Source of the DNA: an uncultured virus (IMG/VR IMGVR_UViG_3300031087_000513)
Taxonomy: Duplodnaviria > Heunggongvirae > Uroviricota > Caudoviricetes
Virus record (IMG/VR): IMGVR_UViG_3300031087_000513
Length of the DNA: 64,000 bases
Reading direction: 5' to 3' (one strand)
Shown here in pieces: positions 28,889 through 38,073 of this stretch. The position numbers and the translations under genes were made by a program. Within the stretch, counting starts at the first letter, position 1. Each line of letters starts with the position of its first letter. Below the pieces are notes generated by a model. It did no database searches. It saw only the letters and a program-made list of their open reading frames with translations, and was not told where the DNA came from.

Positions 28889-28968
28889 TGCATTTGAAAA
28901 AGTGCATTTCTAATTTCCTCTTCCAAGTGGATAAGAGCCAGGTCCTTGACAGCCTGGCTCTTATCTGT
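28889..28968 (+). ncRNA. candidate small RNA with CU-rich single-stranded region
   Basis: TGATACGAT extended -10, 5' hairpin, TTTCCTCTTCC tract, terminator hairpin. Confidence 0.35.
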
Positions 28969-29711
28969 TAATCCGCTTTTTTACCAGCTGAGAAATGCTG
29001 GTTCAGCTGTTTGTTCGCTTCCACTAAATCTTCAACGAAGTCCACTTCAACTGCGTCAAAATGATGGCGAGTCAAGGAGAACGGAACCCAGTTGATGAGA
29101 TGTTCATCAATGGTGCGTTCCATTGCTTTCTCAAAGTAATCCTGAGGATGCACGGCATCTAAAGCAGACCGAAAAGCTGGGAAGTCATATTTGTGAACCA
29201 TATTGATACCAACAGCTTCGCCCACAGCTGTATCTAATGAGACAGTTTTAGAAAGCTGGTCAATCTCTCCGAACTGGTCAATTGTATACTTCACTTCTTC
29301 CTCAGAGACTTCTCGTTCAACAGTCCCTACAACTGATGAGTCTTGAGTTGCTAGCATCTTCGCCAACAGTCCTTCTGGGAATACCACATCCCCGTTGAGC
29401 CAAGTGACATTCTCAGCATGCTCAAACGAGTTCAACGCGGCAAGCAGGCTTTTTGAGGTGTTCGTCACCGCATAGTTAGGGTTGGAAACGAATTGGACAT
29501 TCGGAAACATCTGCTTCACTGCTTCACGAATACGATCCTCACAGAACCCAACCACAATACGAACAGAAGCTGGTTTGACTTGATGAATCAACCTGAGTTG
29601 CCGGTACAGGATTGTTTCGCCTGTTGTGAGTACAGTAAGACATTTTGGATGAGGTCTTCCTAACCGTGACCCAATCCCTGCTGCAAGGATGACATAATGT
29701 TGTCCTGACAT
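28968..29711 (-). CDS. LicC-like phosphocholine/sugar-phosphate cytidylyltransferase
   Basis: ILAAGIGSRLG--PK-L, NT--SL, NGDVVF, EVDFVEDL. Confidence 0.88.
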   Translation of the reverse strand: MSGQHYVILAAGIGSRLGRPHPKCLTVLTTGETILYRQLRLIHQVKPASVRIVVGFCEDRIREAVKQMFPNVQFVSNPNYAVTNTSKSLLAALNSFEHAENVTWLNGDVVFPEGLLAKMLATQDSSVVGTVEREVSEEEVKYTIDQFGEIDQLSKTVSLDTAVGEAVGINMVHKYDFPAFRSALDAVHPQDYFEKAMERTIDEHLINWVPFSLTRHHFDAVEVDFVEDLVEANKQLNQHFSAGKKAD

Positions 29712-29787
29712 AGACCCTCCCTAGAAATCTTTGAATAATTTCAAGTTTAGCATTGACTTATTGAGGAGCTGGGTTTATATTGATTGC

Positions 29788-29850
29788 AAGTACATAACGG
29801 TGGCAGGCGGGTTGAACATAGATTCCCCGCCTGCCATTGCCAATTTTTCT
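29788..29850 (+). ncRNA. candidate short hairpin RNA
   Basis: TTGACT-N17-TATATT promoter, 14-bp GC-rich hairpin and U-tract between divergent genes. Confidence 0.5.
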
Positions 29851-29979
29851 TCCAATTCACAACGAAAACACAGCTTCCTGACTGATAACTCTCCTCAAAC
29901 GACACAACGTTTTTCCGAACTGCTCCGAAAAACAATGTAACGTGGATGATATGACCAGACACGAAGGAAGGAGAGCATC

Positions 29980-30336
29980 ATGACAACTGCTGTGCAATAC
30001 TTAGAAGAAGAAACAGGGTACATCCCAGACTCTGACCTACCAGCTCGTTTAGGACGTGCTGAGCTGGTACGAGTACTCGAAGCGACTTTCAGCTTTGAAG
30101 TTACCCGAGCAGATGAAGATGACTACGAGGAAGAAATCTACGAAGAAGGTTCCTACCCAGTCCTGGAACTCACTGTGAACACAGGAGAGCAGGAAGAAAC
30201 TTTCATCGTCATCAGCCCAAATGATGAAGAATGGTATTACTACGAAACCATTGATGATTTCATCAGTGAAACATATTACGACACCGACGATGTTTCTTAC
30301 AACTATGAAGTCATCAGCGATGAGAACGCTGAGTAG
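29980..30336 (+). CDS. highly acidic hypothetical protein
   Basis: D/E/Y-rich; SD AAGGAG. Confidence 0.75.
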   Translation: MTTAVQYLEEETGYIPDSDLPARLGRAELVRVLEATFSFEVTRADEDDYEEEIYEEGSYPVLELTVNTGEQEETFIVISPNDEEWYYYETIDDFISETYYDTDDVSYNYEVISDENAE

Positions 30337-30724
30337 AATTGTCGTCTCCTTAGGAGTGGCAACTGCTATCTGTTTGGTAGCAGGCTGTTCCTCAGGAAAC
30401 AACACACCTGGGGTGACATTCAGCCAAGTCAAAAATGGCAGTCACGATAATGCAGCTCCAATGCAACCACATTGGACAACTACTGCGAAAGGTGCTGTCC
30501 TTCTGCACCTGTACGGGTCATCCTCTTGTCCGCCTAAGGTAGAGCAAGTCAAACAGGAGGGTTCAACACTACGAGTTACGCTTCACAAATATTCAGGAGC
30601 TTGCACTGCTGACTATGGTGGACCGTATATGTGGAAGGTTTCAGGATTGGCAAAAGAACCGCGAAAAATCACCATTTTCACAGGTTTGAATGACAAAGGT
30701 TATCTCTTGAAAAGAACAACCTAA
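30320..30724 (+). CDS. lipoprotein
   Basis: Lipobox LVAGC; YGSSSCPP...ACTAD motif. Confidence 0.8.
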   Translation: MRTLSRIVVSLGVATAICLVAGCSSGNNTPGVTFSQVKNGSHDNAAPMQPHWTTTAKGAVLLHLYGSSSCPPKVEQVKQEGSTLRVTLHKYSGACTADYGGPYMWKVSGLAKEPRKITIFTGLNDKGYLLKRTT

Positions 30725-30814
30725 AATTTAGCTGATAAAACCCTGGAAATTACGTAAAACAGCCGAAAAGGTATTTAGAACCTCTTTCCTTTGGTTTTGA
30801 CTTACTCTAAGAAC

Positions 30815-30893
30815 ACAGAAGAAGGCCCCACCAGTATGTTAGTGGGGCCTTCTTCTGTGTCACTATAGTTCCGAGGACGGAATTATAGTGACA
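30815..30893. terminator. tandem hairpins between convergent genes
   Basis: ACAGAAGAAGGCCCCAC/GTGGGGCCTTCTTCTGT then GTCACTATAGTTCCG/CGGAATTATAGTGAC. Confidence 0.75.
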
Positions 30894-30895
30894 TG

Positions 30896-31162
30896 CTATC
30901 TTTTAGCAAGATTCTGGCTGCGAAAGAACTTGACGCTCAACCAAGTAACCCAGATGACGAGAAAGAACGTCACAACCATCTGTACACCAACAACCATCAG
31001 TAACAGCTGAATCCGCTGTGTTGATGAACCATCCACAAGGAAGGCGGGTGACAGAACTGGGATAATGAGCCAACGCCAAAGAGCCAGCAGACCTATCCCA
31101 ATTGCGATGGCTCCAACAGCGATGCCACCACGAGTGAGTTCTTTCCGTACTGTGTTAGCCAT
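30896..31162 (-). CDS. small membrane protein
   Basis: Two TM helices; coupled to upstream ORF. Confidence 0.7.
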   Translation of the reverse strand: MANTVRKELTRGGIAVGAIAIGIGLLALWRWLIIPVLSPAFLVDGSSTQRIQLLLMVVGVQMVVTFFLVIWVTWLSVKFFRSQNLAKR

Positions 31163-31425
31163 TATGCTCGGCGGCTCAACTTACGGTAAACCACGTAGAC
31201 AACAGCTGCTGCTGCAACCAAAAGGACCAGCCAGAAAATGACGCGAATAACAAACGCGAAGATGACGAAGGACAGCCATAAACCTGCACCGACCACAGCG
31301 CCGCCCAACGCGCCAAGCACGATAGACTTCACTGTGTTATTAGAATCGCTGTGGTCAGCTCGGGAAAGCAGGAACCCTGCCCCAGCGCCGATGATAGCGA
31401 ACACTGCTACAAGAAAAACGAACAT
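31162..31425 (-). CDS. small membrane protein
   Basis: Hydrophobic Gly-zipper-like helices; SD AGGAG. Confidence 0.75.
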   Translation of the reverse strand: MFVFLVAVFAIIGAGAGFLLSRADHSDSNNTVKSIVLGALGGAVVGAGLWLSFVIFAFVIRVIFWLVLLVAAAAVVYVVYRKLSRRA

Positions 31426-31502
31426 ACTTATCTCCTATTTACATGGAATACCCATTATAGCATCCCATCTGGATCATCGGCTCGAATCCGATAATGACTG
31501 GT

Positions 31503-32030
31503 ATGAGAAAAGTATTCATCCCATTACTGGTCATTCCAGTGCTACTGCTTGCTGGTTGCGCTGAATCACAACCAGCTCCTACCCCATCAGCGACAGCCCA
31601 AGGGAACGTCGTCAATAAGGAAGTCGGCAAGAATGGCACCTACTTCCCTGAGTACCATCCGATCAGTCATGCGAAAGCTTGGGATAAGTACAAGGAGTCA
31701 GGTGCGAAGCTTCCGTCAGAAGACCCAGCTATTCGTCCGCTTACTACGGAGGAGTTCGCCAAAGCCTCTGACGTGGCAGAGACATTAAAAGTACAAGGTG
31801 AAGTCACCGCTGATGCTGAGGCTACTGCAGTGAATATCACCAGCTGGTTAGAGAAGAACCCGAAGCTTGCAACTGACACAATTGAACCACCAGCTGATGT
31901 GGTTGTAAACCGGTACCCAAACTTGGTCAAATACACGTACACGAAGATGCAATCAGGGAAAAACTATGAAGTGTACGGAACCAGTTCAGACGGTAGCGTT
32001 ACAGGGTACGCACAAACAACAGTGAAATAA
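31503..32030 (+). CDS. lipoprotein
   Basis: Lipobox LLAGC followed by Pro/Thr linker. Confidence 0.8.
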   Translation: MRKVFIPLLVIPVLLLAGCAESQPAPTPSATAQGNVVNKEVGKNGTYFPEYHPISHAKAWDKYKESGAKLPSEDPAIRPLTTEEFAKASDVAETLKVQGEVTADAEATAVNITSWLEKNPKLATDTIEPPADVVVNRYPNLVKYTYTKMQSGKNYEVYGTSSDGSVTGYAQTTVK

Positions 32031-32095
32031 TCTCAGAGACACGCCCGAAAAACACTGATATTTGACGCGAGGGCCTCAATCAGGTATTGTATGTT

Positions 32096-32375
32096 TTGTC
32101 GCCGCGGAGAAGCGGAAAACGAATGGGAAGACCGGTTATGTCTTCCGCGCGGATTCGTTTCTACCGTGGCGATAAGGAAAGCATCCCTACTGAGCCAGAT
32201 TTTTTCTCTCTCTCCTTATCAGGTTGAGTGGGGGATGAAAAGCACAGTGAATAGTTGAAGCAAATGACGCTCCTTGAAGCTACGCTCTTTCCTTGGTTGC
32301 AAATAACAGAAAATAGAAAACCCCTGAGAACAGCTTTCTCTCTCTCCTCTCCCAGCTGTTCTCAGGGGTTTTTCT
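32096..32375 (+). ncRNA. candidate structured sRNA (about 280 nt) with two UC-rich loops
   Basis: TTGACG-N17-TATTGT promoter; long 5' stem-loop; two hairpins with TTCTCTCTCTCCT loops, the second being the terminator. Confidence 0.7.
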
Positions 32376-32383
32376 TATCTATT

Positions 32384-33664
32384 TCACTCGCTGTAATCTC
32401 CGAAGCCACGAGAGCAAGTGCTCTCATCTGCTGTCTGACCTGTCACATCTTTCGGCAATGCAACAGCAGAAGAAGACTGTGTAGGTGTAGGGGATGCTGA
32501 GGTGGAATCAGAAGGAGAACTCGGTGGTGTTCCCGTAGCTGCATCCGTAGGTGAAGGTGTCGCTGTTGGTGTTTGCTTTACGGAACCAATGTTTCCAGGA
32601 GCTGTACCACCTGTAATGCTGACTTCCTTGTCTGAGAACACTGCATCAATCATTTGCTGAGCAGAATCTTTCACAGGGTCAACCGCTTCAGAACCGTCAG
32701 CAGCTGGAGCGGTCGGGTACTGCAAGAACGTAATGTTCCCCAATGGGACATCTTTCAGCGTGTACGCCAAGGAAGCTAAAGTAGACACGGAGCCTAAGCT
32801 GGTAGAAAGCTGCATGTTATCTGCAACAACATGCGCAATATCGTACACCTTCTTCGGATCAGAAAGAGTCTGTTTGCTCTTCAATGTGCGCATCAAAGAA
32901 GACAGGAACACCTGCTGGTTGGAGATACGACCTAAGTCGGAACCATCACCCACACCATGACGGGTGCGCAGGAACGCAAGAGCATCATCACCAGAAAGAG
33001 TGTGTTCACCAGCAGACAAATGTAATCCTGAAAGGTCATCGCTGATGTCGTTCGCAACACAGACAGGCACTCCGCCGACTGCGTTACTCATGGATACAAC
33101 ACCATCGAACGTAATCTTCGCAGCGTATGGGATTTCTTGACCAGTCAGCTGGCGGAAGGTGTCAACAACGCACTTCAAGCCTCCATCTTTTCCTCCACGG
33201 GAAAGGGACTGGTTGATTCGCATATGCGTGACAGCTGGGTTCGTGGCACCAGTATCGGTGTTCACACACTGTGGAATGTTCACGTATGTGTCACGAGGGA
33301 CAGAGATAGCAGTTGCTTTAGTGTGGTCAGCGGAAACGTGCAACAGAATGTTCACGTCATTGAGAACCTTTTCACGAGGCCCATATTTTGCTTCTCCATT
33401 ACCGTCATCACCACCGACAAGTAGCATAGTGAAAGCACCGTCGAACTCATCAACCTGAGGAGAGTTATCAGCTTTTGTCGTTTTTGATGGTTTCGGAGCT
33501 GCGCCAATGTCAACAGCGTTCTCCTGAATCCGATGATTCAAATCCCAGACAGCATACCCTCCGATGGTACCTGCTGAGACAATAGCGACTGCTGCAGTGA
33601 TCCCCAACCATTTGAAGATAGCTTTCCTGCGAGCTCCTGGTAGAGCTTTACCATGCTGAGCCAT
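32384..33664 (-). CDS. LCP (LytR-CpsA-Psr) cell-wall glycopolymer ligase
   Basis: TM anchor, SVPRDTYV, RIN, GGV-VC, FLRTRHGVGDGSDLGRISNQQ. Confidence 0.95.
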   Translation of the reverse strand: MAQHGKALPGARRKAIFKWLGITAAVAIVSAGTIGGYAVWDLNHRIQENAVDIGAAPKPSKTTKADNSPQVDEFDGAFTMLLVGGDDGNGEAKYGPREKVLNDVNILLHVSADHTKATAISVPRDTYVNIPQCVNTDTGATNPAVTHMRINQSLSRGGKDGGLKCVVDTFRQLTGQEIPYAAKITFDGVVSMSNAVGGVPVCVANDISDDLSGLHLSAGEHTLSGDDALAFLRTRHGVGDGSDLGRISNQQVFLSSLMRTLKSKQTLSDPKKVYDIAHVVADNMQLSTSLGSVSTLASLAYTLKDVPLGNITFLQYPTAPAADGSEAVDPVKDSAQQMIDAVFSDKEVSITGGTAPGNIGSVKQTPTATPSPTDAATGTPPSSPSDSTSASPTPTQSSSAVALPKDVTGQTADESTCSRGFGDYSE

Positions 33665-33887
33665 AACTCGTGCTTTCCTTATCGTTTTTTATGTTGTCCG
33701 TGTTATCCGCTGGAGCAGATGTGAAGTCTTTGAACTCTCAGCGAAAAATCAGCGTGCATCGTTGGACGCGATAGGTCAAACTTATTATAAGCATGCTTAT
33801 GTATTCACTACCATTTTCCACGTTTTACTCAGACACGCCACGATCAGCAAAAGTTGACGTTTCGAAGCGGATGGGGTTATGATAAGT

Positions 33888-33986
33888 CATGTTACAGATC
33901 AGCGAAACGCAACGTGTTGGTCCGTAACATGTATGTGTGTTGATATAGAAAATGGGACCCTCCAGAATCTGGAGGGTCCCATTTTT
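33888..33986 (+). ncRNA. candidate small RNA or leaderless micro-ORF transcript
   Basis: TTGACG-N18-TATGAT promoter, hairpin CATGTTAC...GTAACATG, terminator 33948-33986. Confidence 0.45.
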
Positions 33987-33997
33987 AGTGAAGAAGA

Positions 33998-35056
33998 CTA
34001 CCCAATACCTACTTCTACGCTGATACTCGGACTAGGGCTGCTCGTCACGGAAGGTGATGGAGCTGGCTGTGTAGGAGTAGCGGTAGGAGCTGGTTTGACC
34101 GGCTCAGTCGGAGTTGGTGTTGGCTGCGGCTGTTTTGTCGGCGTAGGTTTTGGAGTACTCGGAGCAGGAGTACTTGGAGTAGTTGGAGCAGGAGTGCTCG
34201 GCTTTGATGGAGCTGGCTTAGAAGGCTGCTGTGATGGGCTTGGTGCAGGAGTTGCAGGCTGCGCACCTGAACCAGAAACTGCGCCTGGTAACACTGGAAC
34301 ATCCAAAGGTGCTGGGACATTCGCAACACAGGTAGGTTTGCTCAAAGCTGTGTAAGATGCGTTCTCCAGAACTTTCAAACCAACCTTGGAGAAGTAACCC
34401 TTCGGGTCAACACGGGTACCTGTACCGTATCCACCTTCCCAAACTTCAATGTGCAAATGAGGACCAGTAGAAACACCGGTTGAACCAACAGCTGTAATCT
34501 GCTGACCCGCTTTAACCTGGTCACCTACTTTCACGAAGGTAGAGGATTTCTCCATGTGGTGGTAGAAGAAGTCAACTCGTTCACCGTTGATTTCAGTAGC
34601 GAGGATGACTGTTCCACCTTGACCACCAACAACACCATCAATGACTTTTGTGATAGTTCCATTAGCGATAGCGTAAATAGGTGTGCCGTTCGGGGCAGCT
34701 AAGTCAATACCGCCATGCTTGGACGAAGCTCCTGAGGTTGGCGGGCATCGCTCACCATAATCAGACGTGAAACCGTAAGACTTTGGTGGGAGTGGAAGCT
34801 GAAGGCCAACTTTGTCTGCGACACTTGGCCCTTTCTTCTCAGCTTTTTTCTTCTCCTCGGCAACTTTCTGTTCTTTCTTCTGCTGTTGCTTATGCTCAAC
34901 AGCTTCGGTTTTGTCTGATTCAATGGTTCTGGTAATAGTTGAAGTGTTGCTTACAGAGGTCACATGGACATCACCAGCTACAGTAGCTGGCGCACTGGGC
35001 ATACTTCCGATCATTGCAAGAGCAAAGAATTTCACCACTACGAATAGGGGTTCCAT
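33998..35056 (-). CDS. M23 family peptidoglycan endopeptidase with Pro/Thr-rich tail
   Basis: HGGIDLAAP-GTPIYA, YHHM, GSTGVSTGPHLH. Confidence 0.93.
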   Translation of the reverse strand: MEPLFVVVKFFALAMIGSMPSAPATVAGDVHVTSVSNTSTITRTIESDKTEAVEHKQQQKKEQKVAEEKKKAEKKGPSVADKVGLQLPLPPKSYGFTSDYGERCPPTSGASSKHGGIDLAAPNGTPIYAIANGTITKVIDGVVGGQGGTVILATEINGERVDFFYHHMEKSSTFVKVGDQVKAGQQITAVGSTGVSTGPHLHIEVWEGGYGTGTRVDPKGYFSKVGLKVLENASYTALSKPTCVANVPAPLDVPVLPGAVSGSGAQPATPAPSPSQQPSKPAPSKPSTPAPTTPSTPAPSTPKPTPTKQPQPTPTPTEPVKPAPTATPTQPAPSPSVTSSPSPSISVEVGIG

Positions 35057-35237
35057 GCTGGCCTTTCTAAATCCACGTTCTAGGAAATAAGTTCACGCTC
35101 ATAGTATAAAGAATAATGAGCTGCTGGTCGTGTAAAAAATACGTCCCTTCGTTTATCGGCAACGACAAAGAAAGACATGAAAAGTTTCCTGAGAAAAACC
35201 TTGATTCCTTATCTAAGAACTGATATAGTAAACACTA

Positions 35238-36050
35238 ATGAGTAAAGACACTAAAACGAAGCGGAACCCAGATATCCCACAGTGGGTTCAGGACACATAC
35301 CGTCCACAAGACATGCACCCGCACGCCGTCATCCTCTCAGGATCAGATACCGAAGGCTGGTTAGTGCGGACAGTTGATTTTGCCCAGGTGAACCTCTACA
35401 ACAAGAGCGTTACCCATCAGAATGCTGCTGACCTCCCAGGAACTGAGACACTTTACTCAGGAACACTGGAAGAAGTAATCCAGAAGCTCAAAGAGACTCC
35501 AGACCAGGAAATCCTCTATTCAGAGGACGTTCTCTCTGTATTGCAGGAGAGCAACCCGAATACGTTCATCTTCGGTTCATCCAGTCAAATCACCGAACGT
35601 TCAATGGTTCGCTGGGATTATGAGTCCTTCCTCAAAGCGTACAAAGCCTACGAGAAAGACCCGAATGACATTGGAACCGTTTATGACTTCCTGAACCTCC
35701 ACCCAATGTTCTGGCGTTATGAGGAAACTTCACCCGCTCGTGATGGTGTAGCTCGTCCACCGATGTTGGTTACCGACCGTGGTTGGTCAGTTATTGATTT
35801 GATGGTTGTCCGTGAGCGGAACAAGAAGACCAAAGAAGTAGAAACAACAGTCATGCTGGAAGCAGGAGCCGCATCAGCGAATGCGAACCGCTACTACATG
35901 TACCACGACTACAACCTGGATGTATACGAAAACTCACTGGATGCAGCGTATATCAAACTGGCTAAGTACATCCATGAGGATTACGACGAACACGGTATCC
36001 TGCGTAACGGCGAAGATGAACCGAATCGGGTCTTCAAGAAACGTGACTAA
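35238..36050 (+). CDS. hypothetical protein
   Basis: Long ORF, leaderless start; HPMFW and HDYNLD motifs. Confidence 0.8.
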   Translation: MSKDTKTKRNPDIPQWVQDTYRPQDMHPHAVILSGSDTEGWLVRTVDFAQVNLYNKSVTHQNAADLPGTETLYSGTLEEVIQKLKETPDQEILYSEDVLSVLQESNPNTFIFGSSSQITERSMVRWDYESFLKAYKAYEKDPNDIGTVYDFLNLHPMFWRYEETSPARDGVARPPMLVTDRGWSVIDLMVVRERNKKTKEVETTVMLEAGAASANANRYYMYHDYNLDVYENSLDAAYIKLAKYIHEDYDEHGILRNGEDEPNRVFKKRD

Positions 36051-36091
36051 AATGGTGCTTTTGCAAGAAATCTGATAGTAATAGTACCACT

Positions 36092-36346
36092 ATGAGCAAC
36101 CTTTCATACACCCTATACAGCCCAGACGAGACTATCCCTCCTGTCCGTGAAAAAATCACGCATCAGTTCAGCATTCCAGCTGAAACATTCATCACTGATG
36201 CAGTTCTCGTCATTCGTGAAGATAACGACATCACTGCGGTGGGTCTTCTCAACCCTGGACAGCATGCACCTCAGTTGTTCCCAGGAGCGCTAAGCGAACA
36301 TGACCTTCGCCAGGAACTTGCTTCGTTCTACCCAGTCTTCGCATAA
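36092..36346 (+). CDS. hypothetical protein
   Basis: ORF directly after a promoter-like sequence. Confidence 0.65.
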   Translation: MSNLSYTLYSPDETIPPVREKITHQFSIPAETFITDAVLVIREDNDITAVGLLNPGQHAPQLFPGALSEHDLRQELASFYPVFA

Positions 36347-36417
36347 CCTGTTGCATCTGTCAGACTCTTCTGCTACACTGATAACACAACGTCAGTTGAG
36401 AGAGAAGAGAGAAGATA

Positions 36418-36903
36418 ATGGCTATTGCAGGAAAGCTCCTCACGTCGGCAGTCACCACTGCCCTGAGCAATTCGGAGCACTTCAAGCCCGCACTTGCGCC
36501 TGCTGCTAAGCTCGGCAAGGCGACAGTGAAGGTTCTGTGGGGTACTGCCTGGAAGGCTGCCCTCATCAACTTCGCCATCGGTGCTATCTGGCTGGTGTCG
36601 TTCATGGTGAACTACACCACGCAGAACACGCTTGCCATGGTTGAAGGGAACGGTCTCATCTGGATGGGCCTGCTGACCATGCTCGTTGTTCCGTTCACCG
36701 TGTTCACCTTTGAGTGCATCCGCATGGGTCGCAAGCTTCGTAAGGCTGCTGACGCTGAGCGTGAAGCTCTCGCTGCGGCTGCCGCTCTTGAAGCTGCTCA
36801 GGCAGTTGAGCAGACCTCGCAGGCTCCCGCTGACTGGACTGTTTACAACACTCCTCCTGTTTGGTCGGTTCCGCAGAACCAGACGGAGAACGTGCATAAC
36901 TAA
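36418..36903 (+). CDS. two-TM membrane protein
   Basis: TTGCAT-N17-TACACT promoter, GA-rich 5' UTR, terminator after. Confidence 0.8.
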   Translation: MAIAGKLLTSAVTTALSNSEHFKPALAPAAKLGKATVKVLWGTAWKAALINFAIGAIWLVSFMVNYTTQNTLAMVEGNGLIWMGLLTMLVVPFTVFTFECIRMGRKLRKAADAEREALAAAAALEAAQAVEQTSQAPADWTVYNTPPVWSVPQNQTENVHN

Positions 36904-37007
36904 ACGTTTTACATGTGTTGCTCCCAGAAGAAGGATTTTCTGGGAGCAACACGCATTAACAGATAACATTACGGTATACATCCACTCTCAGCATCAAAGG
37001 AAAAAAT

Positions 37008-37304
37008 ATGGATATCTTCAACGATCATAAAGGCATCCTCCCAGCACGAATCAATTGGCGGAAAGTCCAGTTCAAGAAAGTCATTGCCGACAGTGACAGG
37101 ATTAGCGTAGCCTTCAAAGTTCTTGTAAATGGTGAACTTGTCGGTGCAATTGGAAAGATTAGAAACAATACCGCTTCACGTCTCAAAGACTGGGTATGGG
37201 TTGTTCCTGGTGAAAGCTTTACCAGCGTATCACCACGTCGTCTAACTTTCACTCGTAAATGGGCAGCTGCTCATCTTCTTTTCAAGGACCTCCCTGCGGT
37301 ATGA
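37008..37304 (+). CDS. basic hypothetical protein
   Basis: SD AAAGGA; ATGA overlap with next gene. Confidence 0.7.
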   Translation: MDIFNDHKGILPARINWRKVQFKKVIADSDRISVAFKVLVNGELVGAIGKIRNNTASRLKDWVWVVPGESFTSVSPRRLTFTRKWAAAHLLFKDLPAV

Positions 37305-38029
37305 ACAACGCACTCATCGTCATCCCCACCTACAATGAGCAAGCAAACATTCAACGTACTGTCACTCAGGCAATAGAAGCTGTCCCTGAGGCTTCAATCC
37401 TCATTGTGGACGATAGCTCCCCTGATGGAACAGGTGACCTCGCTGATTTTCTTTCTGAGCAATATGACACTGTTCATGTTCTCCACCGTGCAGAAAAGAA
37501 TGGTTTAGGTGAAGCCTACAAAGCAGGGTTTACTTGGGGGATTGCGGAAGGATTCAAAAAGTTCATTGAAATGGACGCTGATGGCAGTCACCATCCTGAA
37601 TACCTTCCCACACTCATCAACCTGTTAGATGAGGCAGACATGAGTGTTGGGTCACGCTATATTCCAGGAGGCTCTACTCCTGAATGGGCCTGGCATCGCA
37701 CAAAACTTAGTAGCGTTGGAAACAAAGTAGCGAAGAAGCTCCTCAAAACAGACGTGCATGACATTTCCAGTGGTTTCCGCGGGTACACACTTGAAGCATT
37801 GAATCGGACACATTACGATACAGCTGAAAGCAAAGGATACAGTTTCCAAGTTGAGATGATTCTCCGCGCTGAACAAGCAGGGCTGAACATTGTTGAGACA
37901 CCTATCGCATTCACGGACAGAGTGAAAGGTAGCTCCAAGATGGATTACCGCGTCCTATCTGAAACAGCAGGACGTATGCTTAAATGGAGTATTCGGACAC
38001 GCTTTACGAAAAAAGCTGTGCAGGGTTGA
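37301..38029 (+). CDS. ppm1: polyprenol-phosphate mannose synthase-like GT2
   Basis: IPTYNE, VDDSSPDGTG, K-GLG-AY-AGF, EMDADGSH, GSRY--GG, GYSFQVEM. Confidence 0.9.
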   Translation: MNNALIVIPTYNEQANIQRTVTQAIEAVPEASILIVDDSSPDGTGDLADFLSEQYDTVHVLHRAEKNGLGEAYKAGFTWGIAEGFKKFIEMDADGSHHPEYLPTLINLLDEADMSVGSRYIPGGSTPEWAWHRTKLSSVGNKVAKKLLKTDVHDISSGFRGYTLEALNRTHYDTAESKGYSFQVEMILRAEQAGLNIVETPIAFTDRVKGSSKMDYRVLSETAGRMLKWSIRTRFTKKAVQG

Positions 38030-38073
38030 AGAAGCTTTTTAAAAATAACCGATACTAGTAGATAGAGGCAATC

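Noticed and set aside
32255..32500. 81-aa plus-strand ORF
   Set aside because: TTG start, runs through a terminator and into the LCP gene antisense; no coding features.
33730..33738. TTGAACTCT matches to the predicted TnpB guide (also near 60157)
   Set aside because: Only 9 nt and no GG-type TAM upstream; expected by chance.
33665..33790. LCP 5' leader as c-di-AMP or other riboswitch
   Set aside because: Only weak hairpins; no recognisable riboswitch consensus.
33879..34355. Gly/Val-rich plus-strand ORF and apparent tandem repeats
   Set aside because: Reverse complement of the Pro/Thr/Ser linker of the M23 peptidase.
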